A stretch of 64,000 bases of DNA from a virus (IMGVR_UViG_3300033153_011579); one strand, 5' to 3'. Numbered from the stretch's first letter, positions 1 through 8,650 are shown. Notes: a model not told the origin generated them from the letters alone. Numbers and translations: made by a program.

Positions 1-90
1 TCGCGGCGAGGGAGATGGAGCTCGAGCGCATCCGAGATCATTTATACAAGAACAGGGTCGAGGATTTCATCAGGGACGCCAATGGCGACT
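1..90 (+). CDS. 3' end of an upstream gene (partial; ...MELERIRDHLYKNRVEDFIRDANGD*)
   Basis: Frame 3 is open from the window edge to TGA at 88-90 and overlaps the next ATG (ATGgcgacTGA). Confidence 0.3.
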
Positions 91-969
91 GAGCAGCTAG
101 CTGCTTTTGAGCGGTTCCTCGAGCGCGGTGCGGCCAGTGGCCGCGCGCTGAGCGCGTCGTCGATCACGACGTACATGAAGGTCGCCAAGCTGATCGTCAA
201 GGCGAAGAAGCCGGAGAAGATTCTGGTCGCCGGGCTGAGCGTTTCTACCAAGACGAAGTACGTGTCTGTGCTGCGGCACTGGGCGGCGTTCACGAAAGAC
301 GCCGAGCTGGCGGAGATGGTGAGCGGCGGACCGCAGCTACAAAAGCTGCTGAAGAACCGTGAGTCGAAACTCCCGCAGAAGATCGAGGCGTTCACCGACG
401 CCGAGGTCGACCGGTTCCTCGAAATCCTGAAGGTGGTCAAGGGTGGCGAGCCGCCGTGGGTGTGGCCGTGTGTGTCGCTCCAGCTTCATCTCGCGCTGCG
501 GGTGAGCGCGGACCTGGCCGGCGTCCGACGGGACGCCGTGGAGAGCGCGCTCGTCACGAAGAAGCTCGCGCTGATGGGAAAGCGAGAGCGGATCGACTTC
601 ATGCCGGCGGGGTTCGTGGCCGAGGAGCTGCAGATGCTTGCCGAGCTCCCAAGCTGGGAGATCGTCGCGGACCTGATGTCGCCGACGACCAGGAAGCTGG
701 GCGAGTACGCCCACCGGCAGAAGGCGTACGAGATGTACGTCAGGGCGATGCAGGTCTTGGGTCCGAAGGCGGGGATCGTCGCGACGAAGACGCATCGGTT
801 TCGCCACTGGGGGATCACGAATTTTATCAAGAAGGTGGCCAAGGGCGACATCAAGCGAGCCCAGAGGTTCGCGCGCCACGCGAGTATCGAGACGACCCTC
901 CTCTACTACAGGACGGTCGACCTCGAGGAGGACGACGCGGCCCTGGCGGAGCTGAAAGGAAGACAATGA
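82..969 (+). CDS. tyrosine recombinase / phage-integrase family (295 aa; frame is open to the window edge, so the start may lie upstream)
   Basis: C-terminal catalytic signatures: GVRRDA (box I Arg), HRFRHWG (H-x-x-R), ARHASIETTLLYY (His and Tyr nucleophile region). Confidence 0.6.
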   Translation: MATEQLAAFERFLERGAASGRALSASSITTYMKVAKLIVKAKKPEKILVAGLSVSTKTKYVSVLRHWAAFTKDAELAEMVSGGPQLQKLLKNRESKLPQKIEAFTDAEVDRFLEILKVVKGGEPPWVWPCVSLQLHLALRVSADLAGVRRDAVESALVTKKLALMGKRERIDFMPAGFVAEELQMLAELPSWEIVADLMSPTTRKLGEYAHRQKAYEMYVRAMQVLGPKAGIVATKTHRFRHWGITNFIKKVAKGDIKRAQRFARHASIETTLLYYRTVDLEEDDAALAELKGRQ

Positions 970-1139
970 GCGACAACCACATCTACGCCCCGGGGCGCTG
1001 CGTGAGCTGTGCACAGCGACGTTGGGACATCGAAGCCAAGAAGGCGGAGTGCGCGCTGGACCGTCCGGAATTCGATGCCGGTGACGACGGGAAGCGACGC
1101 GAGTGCTGGGAGTCGGGCAACGAGGACGAGGACCGGTAA
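966..1139 (+). CDS. small hypothetical protein (57 aa, Cys-containing, acidic C-terminus)
   Basis: ATGA overlap with the recombinase stop; GC-rich third positions. Confidence 0.4.
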   Translation: MSDNHIYAPGRCVSCAQRRWDIEAKKAECALDRPEFDAGDDGKRRECWESGNEDEDR

Positions 1140-1172
1140 GAGAGTGATGAATTCTCTGACACGGAGGGGACG

Positions 1173-1730
1173 ATGAAGGTCGATATTCCAGACAACGTGA
1201 TCGAAAATCTCGTCGACGAAAAGGTCAAACAGAAAATGCGGGAGGTCGGATTCGATCTCGTAAAGTCTCTGAAAGGCTGGTTAGACCAGATCGACACTGT
1301 TGGTGAACTGTCTGCCTGGTCTACGGTGACTTACTATTTCATAGATACTTATCATCGGTTTTTCGAATTGCGGTGGGGGGAGTTTGAGCTGGATGGGCAA
1401 GCCGTCCCTCCTAAAACAGAAGTTGTCTTCGATGCTGGTTTAGACTCTGACGGTTTCGGCTTGGTCAAGCTATCGTCCGGTGAGTATGGATATTCTCAAT
1501 GTGAAAAACCGTGGATTCGTGTGAAGCCGACCGTTCACCGTTACGGCCCCGAAGAGAACCAGGTCGTCCTTGAGTATGACGAGCCGTGGTGTGATGGCAA
1601 GTGCCGGGTTCGCGTCGAAGACGGTGAACATATAACCCTCTGGCAGGAAGAAGAATTTAAAAAAGACTCAGAGGAGTTTGATGAGCTACGACAGGCCTGG
1701 GAGTCGATCATGAAACCGCCGGAAAAGTGA
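1173..1730 (+). CDS. hypothetical protein (185 aa)
   Basis: Junction element 1141-1169, then ATG; long ORF with GC3 bias. Confidence 0.6.
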   Translation: MKVDIPDNVIENLVDEKVKQKMREVGFDLVKSLKGWLDQIDTVGELSAWSTVTYYFIDTYHRFFELRWGEFELDGQAVPPKTEVVFDAGLDSDGFGLVKLSSGEYGYSQCEKPWIRVKPTVHRYGPEENQVVLEYDEPWCDGKCRVRVEDGEHITLWQEEEFKKDSEEFDELRQAWESIMKPPEK

Positions 1731-1732
1731 CT

Positions 1733-1767
1733 GTAAGGGAATGCGCAATTCTCTGACACGGAGGAGC
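1733..1767 (+). promoter_or_regulatory. junction element copy (GTAAGGGAATgcgcAATTCTCTGACACGGAGGAG)
   Basis: 7-bp inverted repeat flanking a 4-nt loop, then GACACGGAGGAG, then ATG at 1770. Confidence 0.8.
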
Positions 1768-1769
1768 GG

Positions 1770-2021
1770 ATGAGCTACGGAAGAACACCATACTACATCC
1801 TCAACATGATCAATTCGGACTGTGTTCACTTCTGGTGTGAGCTCGGAGAGGTTCTCGTGCCACAGCGCGCTGTCGACCAGTTTTGTGTCGTCCGCGTGCT
1901 GAACCCAGACGAGCTCATCCATGCTTTTCGCTGGTTCGAGGAACAGCGCCCGGACTGGGAGGACCTCCGCGAAGACTTTGTGGCAGCGCTCCGCAAAATA
2001 GCAGACGAGATAGAACGGTAA
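1770..2021 (+). CDS. hypothetical protein (83 aa)
   Basis: Element then ATG; the stop TAA is the TAA of the next element. Confidence 0.55.
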   Translation: MSYGRTPYYILNMINSDCVHFWCELGEVLVPQRAVDQFCVVRVLNPDELIHAFRWFEEQRPDWEDLREDFVAALRKIADEIER

Positions 2022-2050
2022 GGGAATGCGGAATTCTCTGACACGGAGGA
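2018..2050 (+). promoter_or_regulatory. junction element copy
   Basis: GTAAGGGAATgcggAATTCTCTGACACGGAGGAG, with ATG at 2055. Confidence 0.8.
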
Positions 2051-2054
2051 GACG

Positions 2055-2465
2055 ATGAACAAAGCAACCAAGGCACTCAAGACTCTCCGGGCTGTAAGTC
2101 GACCAGGTAGCCCGACGCGCCAGGCTGCCGTTCTAGGGTTGGCTGAAATTGAGAGGCTACGAAAGCAACGTGACGAAGCTCGACGTGACCACGCTGTTCC
2201 GGGGATGTACGCTCTCGGCTACGCGCTGTTCTACTTCCAGTTCAGTAACCGCGATCACGACTATGGAGATCAGGTCGGCCGCGTCCACGCTCTCTGTGAG
2301 CGCTGGGTGGATCTCCGGGCACGAGAGCACGCCGCGATGCTACAGGAGTTCGACCTCAACGAAGATCCAGACGACAAGAAGTGGGAAGCCTTCCTGCAGG
2401 GGTGGGCTCCAGAGTGGGACAAGCTCCTGGAAGACATCGACGACGAGTGCGAGAACCTGTGCTGA
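2055..2465 (+). CDS. hypothetical protein (136 aa)
   Basis: Element then ATG. Confidence 0.55.
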   Translation: MNKATKALKTLRAVSRPGSPTRQAAVLGLAEIERLRKQRDEARRDHAVPGMYALGYALFYFQFSNRDHDYGDQVGRVHALCERWVDLRAREHAAMLQEFDLNEDPDDKKWEAFLQGWAPEWDKLLEDIDDECENLC

Positions 2466-2508
2466 GGGGCTGTAAGAGAATGCGGATTTTTCTGACACGG
2501 AGGAGTTG

Positions 2509-2712
2509 ATGGAGTATTTCTCGACACTGTTTAACATCATGCTCGGCGCGCTCGGTATCTTGGGACTCCTTGTTGGAGGGGGGATCTTTATTGTGGGCAT
2601 CGCGGCGACTATAGTGGAGGAAAAGGCTAGATTCTTGTTGCTGTGCCCGATTGGATTTTTGGCCGGGTGCAGCGGATTAGCCTGGTTCGTCACGGTGGTG
2701 AAGTATCTGTAA
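2509..2712 (+). CDS. small membrane protein (67 aa, two hydrophobic helices)
   Basis: Element 2472-2505; hydrophobic sequence LGALGILGLLVGGGIFIVGIAATIV. Confidence 0.5.
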   Translation: MEYFSTLFNIMLGALGILGLLVGGGIFIVGIAATIVEEKARFLLLCPIGFLAGCSGLAWFVTVVKYL

Positions 2713-2745
2713 GAGAATGTAGAGTTCTCTGACGAGGAGCGGATT

Positions 2746-3075
2746 ATGACTGTCGAAGAAACAAGCGAAGAGCTGGCGCTGGAGGGACGATCGGTGGTCA
2801 TCGAGGTGACCCGCTTTCCCAAGGGCACATCCCGCGGCCGGGTGACATCGCTCGCCGTCGGCATCGACCCCGAGGTGAAGGAGGGGGACGAGGCCGTCGA
2901 TGTGTCTCCCGCCCTCGTGGTCGACGCGCTGATCTACGCCCTGAAGCTGAACTACGACGCTGAGAGCCAGCACGGATCGGACGAGACCGCCGAGGAGTAC
3001 GTCGAGGACGTGGCGCGGATCCTGCTGTCGCAGATCGAGAACGATGAGCCGAGCTCGCTCAGGAGGGTCCACTGA
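2746..3075 (+). CDS. hypothetical protein, duplicated-gene copy A (109 aa)
   Basis: Element 2709-2739; ~90% identical to the ORF at 5952-6282. Confidence 0.6.
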   Translation: MTVEETSEELALEGRSVVIEVTRFPKGTSRGRVTSLAVGIDPEVKEGDEAVDVSPALVVDALIYALKLNYDAESQHGSDETAEEYVEDVARILLSQIENDEPSSLRRVH

Positions 3076-3085
3076 CACGGAGAAG
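2752..3085 (+). repeat. ~335-bp direct repeat, copy A (pairs with 5958-6292, >90% nt identity by eye)
   Basis: Near-identical nucleotide strings that include the trailing CACTGACACGGAG partial element. Confidence 0.8.
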
Positions 3086-3088
3086 AAA

Positions 3089-3280
3089 ATGACTATGCTG
3101 ACCGCCTATATCGTTCTGGGGGTGCTCGTGCTGGGAGCTATCGGTACCGGTATCTGGGCCAAGCTCACTGGTGATCCGGTCCCTGTGATTCTTTGCGCCC
3201 TACTGATCGCGGCGGCGGCGGCGCTGTTGAACATCCCGTCGAGCAGGTTCGCCAAGTCCAAGAAGGAGCTCGACCGATGA
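3089..3280 (+). CDS. small membrane protein (63 aa)
   Basis: Partial element, then ATG; two hydrophobic segments. Confidence 0.45.
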   Translation: MTMLTAYIVLGVLVLGAIGTGIWAKLTGDPVPVILCALLIAAAAALLNIPSSRFAKSKKELDR

Positions 3281-3519
3281 AAAGATTCAAACTTCACCAG
3301 CGAGTCCGCGTGACCGAGGGCGAGCTCGTCGGCCGATTCGGAGCCGTCTGGCGGTGTCGTCGAGCCGATGATGCGGCATGGATCGCGATGGACGAAGACA
3401 TCCCGGAGTCGCTGCGACAGTTTCCAGCAAACGACGCACACGGCCGCGGTAACCACGTGATCCTCTGGCCGGACCAATGCGAGAGGATCACCAAAGCGCC
3501 GAAGCTGAAGGCTGTGTGA
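3277..3519 (+). CDS. hypothetical protein (80 aa)
   Basis: ATGA overlap with the preceding stop. Confidence 0.45.
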   Translation: MKRFKLHQRVRVTEGELVGRFGAVWRCRRADDAAWIAMDEDIPESLRQFPANDAHGRGNHVILWPDQCERITKAPKLKAV

Positions 3520-3851
3520 TGATTCGAAACGGCGACAAACCAGGTGAGCGACGGTTAGCTCTTCCGATCCACTTCCGTGGGCCGACCAGGTGCCTCGGGG
3601 TGGAGGGGACCGTCGATGACGACTACAACGTGGTTCCAGTAGGTCGAGCTCGAGCTTGCGTGCTGAAGGACCTCTGCATCCGCTATCGGGACCGAGAAGA
3701 CTATGGACCGGCGACCCCCTGGTACTCCGAGTGTCCTTACGACTGGCAACGGATGATCTGTACGGAATATCAAACTTCGTGGAGAAATCGAGGGCCGGTG
3801 ATGGACCGTTTGGTAGACATCTACGCCGCGATGCCAGCGAGGGAGAAGTAG
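3519..3851 (+). CDS. hypothetical protein (110 aa, Cys-containing)
   Basis: TGATG overlap; GC3 bias. Confidence 0.45.
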   Translation: MIRNGDKPGERRLALPIHFRGPTRCLGVEGTVDDDYNVVPVGRARACVLKDLCIRYRDREDYGPATPWYSECPYDWQRMICTEYQTSWRNRGPVMDRLVDIYAAMPAREK

Positions 3852-3853
3852 TC

Positions 3854-4339
3854 TTGGTTGAAATCACACACGACCGCCTCGTGAAAGCTGCAGCTATCTG
3901 GCTCGGCCAGAAGCATCGAGTGGTCTCCACCGAGCTCGTCTGCAGTACCGTCTCAGAGAACGCCGATGCTATCGGATGGGACGGTTACGGCAGGTGCATG
4001 GTCATCGAGTGCAAGGTCAGCCGCTCAGATTTTCTCGCCAACAAGCACAAACCACACGAGATCGTCGGTGACTCCATGGGGAACGAGCGCTGGTTCATGA
4101 CACCACCTGGTCTTGTCGAGCCAAAGGAGTTGCCGCGCAGCCACGGGCTCCTCGAGTACACGCCCAGTGGCCACGGGTCCGGCTACTTCATCCGCAAGGT
4201 CAAGAAAGCTCGGCCGCGGAAGAGGACGGTCGACCGGCTTTGGAACGAGAACCGAACACTGGTCGCCATCGCAGGCCGTGCTCTCGAGGCCGCTTCGAGG
4301 CTCAAGCCGCTCTGGCTCGGTGACGGCGAGGACGAGTAA
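3854..4339 (+). CDS. PD-(D/E)XK nuclease-like protein (start uncertain; TTG at 3854 follows a GGGAGAAG RBS; the ORF frame is open from 3656)
   Basis: Motif GWDGYGRCMVIECKVSRSDF has D...(V/I)ExK spacing typical of the PD-(D/E)XK fold; it ends DE* directly into an element. Confidence 0.45.
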   Translation: MVEITHDRLVKAAAIWLGQKHRVVSTELVCSTVSENADAIGWDGYGRCMVIECKVSRSDFLANKHKPHEIVGDSMGNERWFMTPPGLVEPKELPRSHGLLEYTPSGHGSGYFIRKVKKARPRKRTVDRLWNENRTLVAIAGRALEAASRLKPLWLGDGEDE

Positions 4340-4369
4340 GAGAATGCCGGATTCTATGACACGGAGGAG
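4336..4369 (+). promoter_or_regulatory. junction element copy (variant with ATG inside the right arm: ATTCTATGACACGGAGGAG)
   Basis: Sequence at this position. Confidence 0.75.
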
Positions 4370-4374
4370 TGAAG

Positions 4375-4581
4375 ATGGGCGTGCGAACAAAAAAGTTGGC
4401 TGAATGGAAACACGCTGCCATCGAGGCGTTCTACCGACTAGATAGCCTCGTCAATGACAGCGAGTGTGACAACGCAGAGGAACCATACTCCGATTGGCAG
4501 CCGTGCGAGGATGGGTGCAACTACTGTGACGATCGCGAGGCGAGGGACAGGATCGCCCAGCTCATGGCCAAGGACCAATAG
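4375..4581 (+). CDS. hypothetical protein (68 aa, Cys-rich C-terminus)
   Basis: Element, then ATG 7 nt after GGAGGAG. Confidence 0.5.
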   Translation: MGVRTKKLAEWKHAAIEAFYRLDSLVNDSECDNAEEPYSDWQPCEDGCNYCDDREARDRIAQLMAKDQ

Positions 4582-4588
4582 GCTGTAA

Positions 4589-4744
4589 GAGAGTGATAGA
4601 TTCTCTGACACGGAGGATAAGTGGATCGACGGCAAGTACAAGGAATCCGGCATGGACATCGATGGCAACCTCGACCGCGAAGTTGCGATCTTCCACCTGA
4701 CCGGTAAGGGGCGGGAGGCCGCGAAAAGCGATGAGGAAAAATGA
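4589..4744 (+). CDS. small ORF with unresolved start (coding frame ...KWIDGKYKESGMDIDGNLDREVAIFHLTGKGREAAKSDEEK*)
   Basis: The GC3-rich frame after element 4585-4617 has no ATG/GTG/TTG before the ATG at 4649; the GTG at 4621 sits in an AT3-rich frame. Confidence 0.3.
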   Translation, partial: ESDRFSDTEDKWIDGKYKESGMDIDGNLDREVAIFHLTGKGREAAKSDEEK

Positions 4745-4845
4745 AAGAGACAATTGTCGAAATCATGTTTGGGTATCTGTATTTTGCGTTGGGTGGGGGT
4801 GCCGTCGCCTATGTGTGGTGGATGAGTAGCACTTTTGGAGGATGA
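4741..4845 (+). CDS. membrane peptide (34 aa)
   Basis: ATGA overlap; hydrophobic FGYLYFALGGGAVAYVWW. Confidence 0.35.
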   Translation: MKETIVEIMFGYLYFALGGGAVAYVWWMSSTFGG

Positions 4846-4846
4846 G

Positions 4847-5050
4847 ATGGACAACCCCGACCTGTACTGCGTGAAGTGCTCGATCGGACTTGGCTTCGGT
4901 CCGCGCGCAACCATCGACAAGAAGGATTACTGCAACGGCTGCGCTGTCTACTTGCTACGCGCCCGCGTGGCCGAACTAGAATCTCAACCGGCGCAGACGA
5001 TGCCTGTCAAACGCACCGTGCGCGAGGCGGTGAACGATGATGTTGATTAG
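4847..5050 (+). CDS. Zn-ribbon-like small protein (67 aa; CVKC...CNGC; paralog of 6817-7152)
   Basis: Shares CxxC...C...RARVAELE(S/A)Q with the ORF at 6817. Confidence 0.5.
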   Translation: MDNPDLYCVKCSIGLGFGPRATIDKKDYCNGCAVYLLRARVAELESQPAQTMPVKRTVREAVNDDVD

Positions 5051-5339
5051 AGCAATCGGCAGCTCCCTGCTCGCAGTGGCGAGCATGACTATCCGTTGGA
5101 TTGCGGCCGACCTTCTAAGGAGTAAAGGAAAACACATGAGATCAACAACAATAGAAAAGATGTGTCAGGCAGCATCGGTACTCGACCGGGAGAAGTTTGA
5201 TGCTCTCGCCGAAGACCTTTTCGACGAACTGGCGGCTTCTACGACTCGGATGTCAGCAGCTATTCACAATTCGTACTGTCCGAAGTGCCTCGAAAAACAA
5301 CTCATAATCGACGACCTGCGGATCGTCGATCCTGACTGA
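5037..5339 (+). CDS. hypothetical protein (100 aa; alternative start at ATG 5138)
   Basis: ORF ending at TGA 5337-5339, immediately followed by a family-2 hairpin. Confidence 0.4.
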   Translation: MMLIRAIGSSLLAVASMTIRWIAADLLRSKGKHMRSTTIEKMCQAASVLDREKFDALAEDLFDELAASTTRMSAAIHNSYCPKCLEKQLIIDDLRIVDPD

Positions 5340-5341
5340 TG

Positions 5342-5359
5342 AGGAATGACACGTTCCTT
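5342..5359 (+). promoter_or_regulatory. family-2 hairpin (AGGAATGACACGTTCCTT)
   Basis: Inverted repeat GGAA/TTCC around TGACACG, directly after a stop codon. Confidence 0.6.
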
Positions 5360-5418
5360 ACGAAGAAAACGAATTTTGTAAGAGAACCCCAAGATTCTCT
5401 GACATGGAGGAGATAGTG

Positions 5419-5682
5419 ATGTTCGACGATTGGTCAACTTGGCAACTAGTACTGACCGGTGTCTTCTACTTTTTTCTGTGTATGCTGATCGGATTTCTTG
5501 CCACAGCCGTCCCAGCCTGGGTGCAGCTGTGGAGGGTCAAACAAGAATGTCGGAGTCGGGTAGCTCAAGCCAATCGAAGGTTTGATCTGTCTACTCGTGA
5601 TTTGTGTAAGAGAATGTCGGTTTCTCTGACACGGAGAAGAGAATGGGAACGGAAAAAGATCAAGACAACGTCAGGCACCTGA
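5419..5682 (+). CDS. small membrane protein (87 aa; 3' end reads through the next element and overlaps the next gene)
   Basis: Element 5378-5410; hydrophobic LVLTGVFYFFLCMLIGFLATAV. Confidence 0.4.
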   Translation: MFDDWSTWQLVLTGVFYFFLCMLIGFLATAVPAWVQLWRVKQECRSRVAQANRRFDLSTRDLCKRMSVSLTRRREWERKKIKTTSGT

Positions 5683-5945
5683 ACCAGGGTGAGCAGGCTT
5701 TTGCCGATCTGATCTCTGTCCTCTCCGACGGGAAGGTCTCCCGCGTCGTGGTGGCCTACTACTGCGAGGAGGACGAGGACGAGGAAGCTGGCTGGTCCTA
5801 CGTCCGGGCCTCGAGACCACCGAGCCCCATCGGTAGCGCCATCGTAGAGGATGTTGGAGCCGCGTCCTTGTTATCCTTGTACGTCAGAGACTGGTACGAC
5901 TCCGCCATGGCGACCGAGACAACCCACGAGGTGCCGCGGAAGTGA
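5643..5945 (+). CDS. hypothetical acidic protein (100 aa)
   Basis: Element 5606-5637, then ATG. Confidence 0.5.
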   Translation: MGTEKDQDNVRHLNQGEQAFADLISVLSDGKVSRVVVAYYCEEDEDEEAGWSYVRASRPPSPIGSAIVEDVGAASLLSLYVRDWYDSAMATETTHEVPRK

Positions 5946-5951
5946 GGACAA

Positions 5952-6282
5952 GATGGCTGTTGAGGAAACAACTGAAGAGCTGGCCCTGGAGGGACGCTCG
6001 GTGGTCATCGAGGTGACCCGCTTTCCCAAGGGCACATCCCGCGGCCGGGTGACATCGCTAGCCGTCGGCATCGAGCCCGACGTGAAGAATGGGGGCGACC
6101 CCGTCGATGTGTCTCCGGCCCTCGTGGTCGACGCGCTGATCTACGCCCTGAAGCTGAACTACGACGCCGAGAGCCAGCACGGGTCAAACGAGACGGCCGA
6201 GGACTACGTCGAGGACGTGGCGCGGATCCTGCTGTCGCAGATCGAGAACGACGAGCCGAGCTCGCTCATGCGGGTTCACTGA
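5952..6282 (+). CDS. hypothetical protein, duplicated-gene copy B (109 aa)
   Basis: ~90% aa identity to 2746-3075; own RBS GAGGACAAG; no full element upstream. Confidence 0.6.
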
Positions 6283-6292
6283 CACGGAGGGG
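5958..6292 (+). repeat. ~335-bp direct repeat, copy B
   Basis: See copy A. Confidence 0.8.
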
Positions 6293-6295
6293 AAG

Positions 6296-6493
6296 ATGAG
6301 CCTGTTTTTTACGACGACAATTCGCGAGGATGTTGAGATCGAGGTCGATGTGGAGTGCTCGAGGTGTGGAGCCGCTCTCACGGCAACATCCAGAAGCGAA
6401 CACATCGGCTCCCACGATGAAAACCACCGGCTGGTGATCCACCCGTGCACCACCTGCTACCCGGTTGGCGCGACGGATACCGAGAGCTCGTAA
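6296..6493 (+). CDS. Zn-ribbon-like small protein (65 aa; CSRCG...CTTC)
   Basis: Partial element CACTGACACGGAGGGG, then ATG. Confidence 0.5.
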   Translation: MSLFFTTTIREDVEIEVDVECSRCGAALTATSRSEHIGSHDENHRLVIHPCTTCYPVGATDTESS

Positions 6494-6529
6494 GAGAATG
6501 TGCGTTTCTCTGACACGGAGGAGTGGCAA

Positions 6530-6802
6530 ATGAATAAAGAGAAGAAACTCAAGAAGCTCGGGATCCCAGACAAGACCGTAACCTGGGAAGAGTTCAAGGA
6601 ACTCCCGCAAACGCGTGGTGAAGGGATCTCCTTTAAAGCGCAAGGTGTTGGGGACTGGAAGGGTGAGTGGTTCTGGTTTGAGTCGCTAGGGGTGGTTGAG
6701 GTCGACCGCGCCTTGGCCGATGGCGAGGTTATCAGAGGAATGAAGGTCAACGCTGGGAACTGGCACAGGCTTGTTGTCGTTCCTCATAATTTTCCTCGCT
6801 GA
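6530..6802 (+). CDS. hypothetical protein (90 aa)
   Basis: Element 6490-6523, then ATG. Confidence 0.5.
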   Translation: MNKEKKLKKLGIPDKTVTWEEFKELPQTRGEGISFKAQGVGDWKGEWFWFESLGVVEVDRALADGEVIRGMKVNAGNWHRLVVVPHNFPR

Positions 6803-6816
6803 CGACCTGTAAGAGA

Positions 6817-7152
6817 ATGGAGCGTTCTATGACAGAGAAAGAGATCAAGCCGAAGATGGTGGATGGCGAGGCGGTGTGTTCTAAAAACTGTCCGCGTTAT
6901 GGGATTGAGCCATGCATGGGGCTTGTTGATTTATCCTCATGCGCCCCCTACTACCGCGCCCGTGTCGCCGAGCTCGAGGCACAGATTTCAAGAATCAGCG
7001 ATACGATCTACCGGGGTGCTCCGCTGTCGTGGGCAAAGGCTGAATTTCACGAGGTCGTGAGCGCCTGGGAGCTGGATCTCTGTATCGCTCTGAACTTATG
7101 CGGCTTCCGCGACGCCCTTGAGCATATTAAGGCGAAGAAAGATTCAGAGTAA
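6817..7152 (+). CDS. Zn-ribbon-like protein (111 aa; alternative start at 6829 inside the element)
   Basis: Degenerate element with ATG embedded (TTCTATGACAGAG); paralog of 4847. Confidence 0.5.
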   Translation: MERSMTEKEIKPKMVDGEAVCSKNCPRYGIEPCMGLVDLSSCAPYYRARVAELEAQISRISDTIYRGAPLSWAKAEFHEVVSAWELDLCIALNLCGFRDALEHIKAKKDSE

Positions 7153-7180
7153 GAGAATTTTACGTTCTCTGACACGGAGA
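7149..7180 (+). promoter_or_regulatory. junction element copy
   Basis: GTAAGAGAATtttacgTTCTCTGACACGGAGAA. Confidence 0.8.
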
Positions 7181-7185
7181 AAAAG

Positions 7186-7674
7186 ATGAAGACACAAAAA
7201 GAGATTGCAGACCGAGTGAGCAAGTTAGGCAAATCAGACTTCTTCGGGTTCAGGGCAGAGGTACTGATCGGCTACTTGGGTATGGAACTGCTGGTGCCGT
7301 TCTTGAAGGAGGGTGCCCGCAAGCGGTTTGAAGAAGACAAGGAGAATCCCTGGACTGACCCGGTTTTCACAGAAGATGAGGTCAAGAAGGACATGCTCGA
7401 CTATCTCAAATTCGCTTTTGAGAAGTGTTTAGACCACCGTGGTATCTCCGCGAACCGGAGCATCGAGAAACTCGTTGAGTGGGCGTGGATTCTGGGGAGG
7501 GACGACCTGGTGGAGTTCGCAGGAGAGGCAGGCAACTTCCGAAATTACGGTGCGCCGGTTCTAAAGAAATTCGCTGAGGGGTTCGAGATAGAGCTGCCCG
7601 AGGACGAGCGGTTTCACCGAATGGCTCGTGGAGAGCGCTGCGGAGCGGACTACGCTTGCGGTTGTAACGAGTGA
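7186..7674 (+). CDS. hypothetical protein (162 aa, C-terminal CGADYACGC)
   Basis: Element, then ATG. Confidence 0.6.
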   Translation: MKTQKEIADRVSKLGKSDFFGFRAEVLIGYLGMELLVPFLKEGARKRFEEDKENPWTDPVFTEDEVKKDMLDYLKFAFEKCLDHRGISANRSIEKLVEWAWILGRDDLVEFAGEAGNFRNYGAPVLKKFAEGFEIELPEDERFHRMARGERCGADYACGCNE

Positions 7675-7712
7675 GCTTGTAAGAGAATTTTGCATTCTCT
7701 GACACGGAGAAG

Positions 7713-8054
7713 ATGATGAATCAGGATAGAGTAATCGAAATAGTGAGGGGCTGGCGGTGTCCTCACTGCTTCATGGAGTACGAGAACATTAAGGAAGCCC
7801 AGGAGTGCGATCAGCAGTGCTCCGCCTTCCTCGACGATGCTCCCCCAACTTGTGACTGGTGTGATCAGCCGGGAGAACACGAGAGTCCAGTCGAGGGGCT
7901 ACACTTTCTCATCAACTGTGGGCACTACATGTACGGTATGCATGAGGACGATAGTGGGGACGCTGAGAACGACCGCTACGAGACCGTCCAGCGGTTACGC
8001 GGTGTCGAGGCCCTTCCATGGGAGTACCCAGACGTCGGAGTGAAAGATGAATAA
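7713..8054 (+). CDS. Cys-rich zinc-finger-like protein (113 aa)
   Basis: Element 7679-7709; CPHC...CDQQC...CDWCD...CGH. Confidence 0.55.
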   Translation: MMNQDRVIEIVRGWRCPHCFMEYENIKEAQECDQQCSAFLDDAPPTCDWCDQPGEHESPVEGLHFLINCGHYMYGMHEDDSGDAENDRYETVQRLRGVEALPWEYPDVGVKDE

Positions 8055-8376
8055 GCCAGAAGAAGACTTTGGTCTCGTGGTCGAACTTCACGGCCCGCGC
8101 GTGATTCATCGGTGCCGAGACTGTGATCACAGGTTCGGGTCTCCGCCCAGGCATTGGCAATGTAAGGCGCACCCGCGTCACCTGGAAAACCCAGAATATG
8201 CTCTTCATTTGGTCGGAAGAGAGTTGGATGAAAGCGAGCTCACAGACGGATATGGGTTTTGTGACCTCATCCGTGTGGCGACACAGCCGACGTGTCCTGA
8301 GTTCGAGCCGCGTAGACCGGCGAGTGCTGGATTTGTGTCTTGGTGGAGAAGGCTGTTGGCGAAGTTCGGTCTGTAA
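8047..8376 (+). CDS. hypothetical protein (109 aa; CRDCDH...CKAH)
   Basis: ATGAATAA overlap with the preceding stop. Confidence 0.5.
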   Translation: MNKPEEDFGLVVELHGPRVIHRCRDCDHRFGSPPRHWQCKAHPRHLENPEYALHLVGRELDESELTDGYGFCDLIRVATQPTCPEFEPRRPASAGFVSWWRRLLAKFGL

Positions 8377-8410
8377 GAGAATTTATGATTCTCTGACACG
8401 AGATGGGTAG

Positions 8411-8650
8411 ATGAAGAAGCGAGCAAAACGAGTCGAAAGATTCCATGTGAGGTGTCCCTTTTGTGGCGATCTCGTGGACATCATGACGTCGCTCTCTTGG
8501 TGCTCTGGGTGTTTTGTCGAGTGGTACCGTACACGAGCTTGCAATTACATTTTTGATACCGAGAGGAAGACCGAGAGGTTCGTGTGGGCCAAGGCGGTGC
8601 AGAAGTCCGGAGGCATGCGGATCGCCTCAGCCAACGAGGACGATGAGTAA
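8411..8650 (+). CDS. Zn-ribbon-like protein (79 aa; CPFCG...CSGC)
   Basis: Element 8373-8405 (SD weakened to GACACGAGATGGG). Confidence 0.5.
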   Translation: MKKRAKRVERFHVRCPFCGDLVDIMTSLSWCSGCFVEWYRTRACNYIFDTERKTERFVWAKAVQKSGGMRIASANEDDE

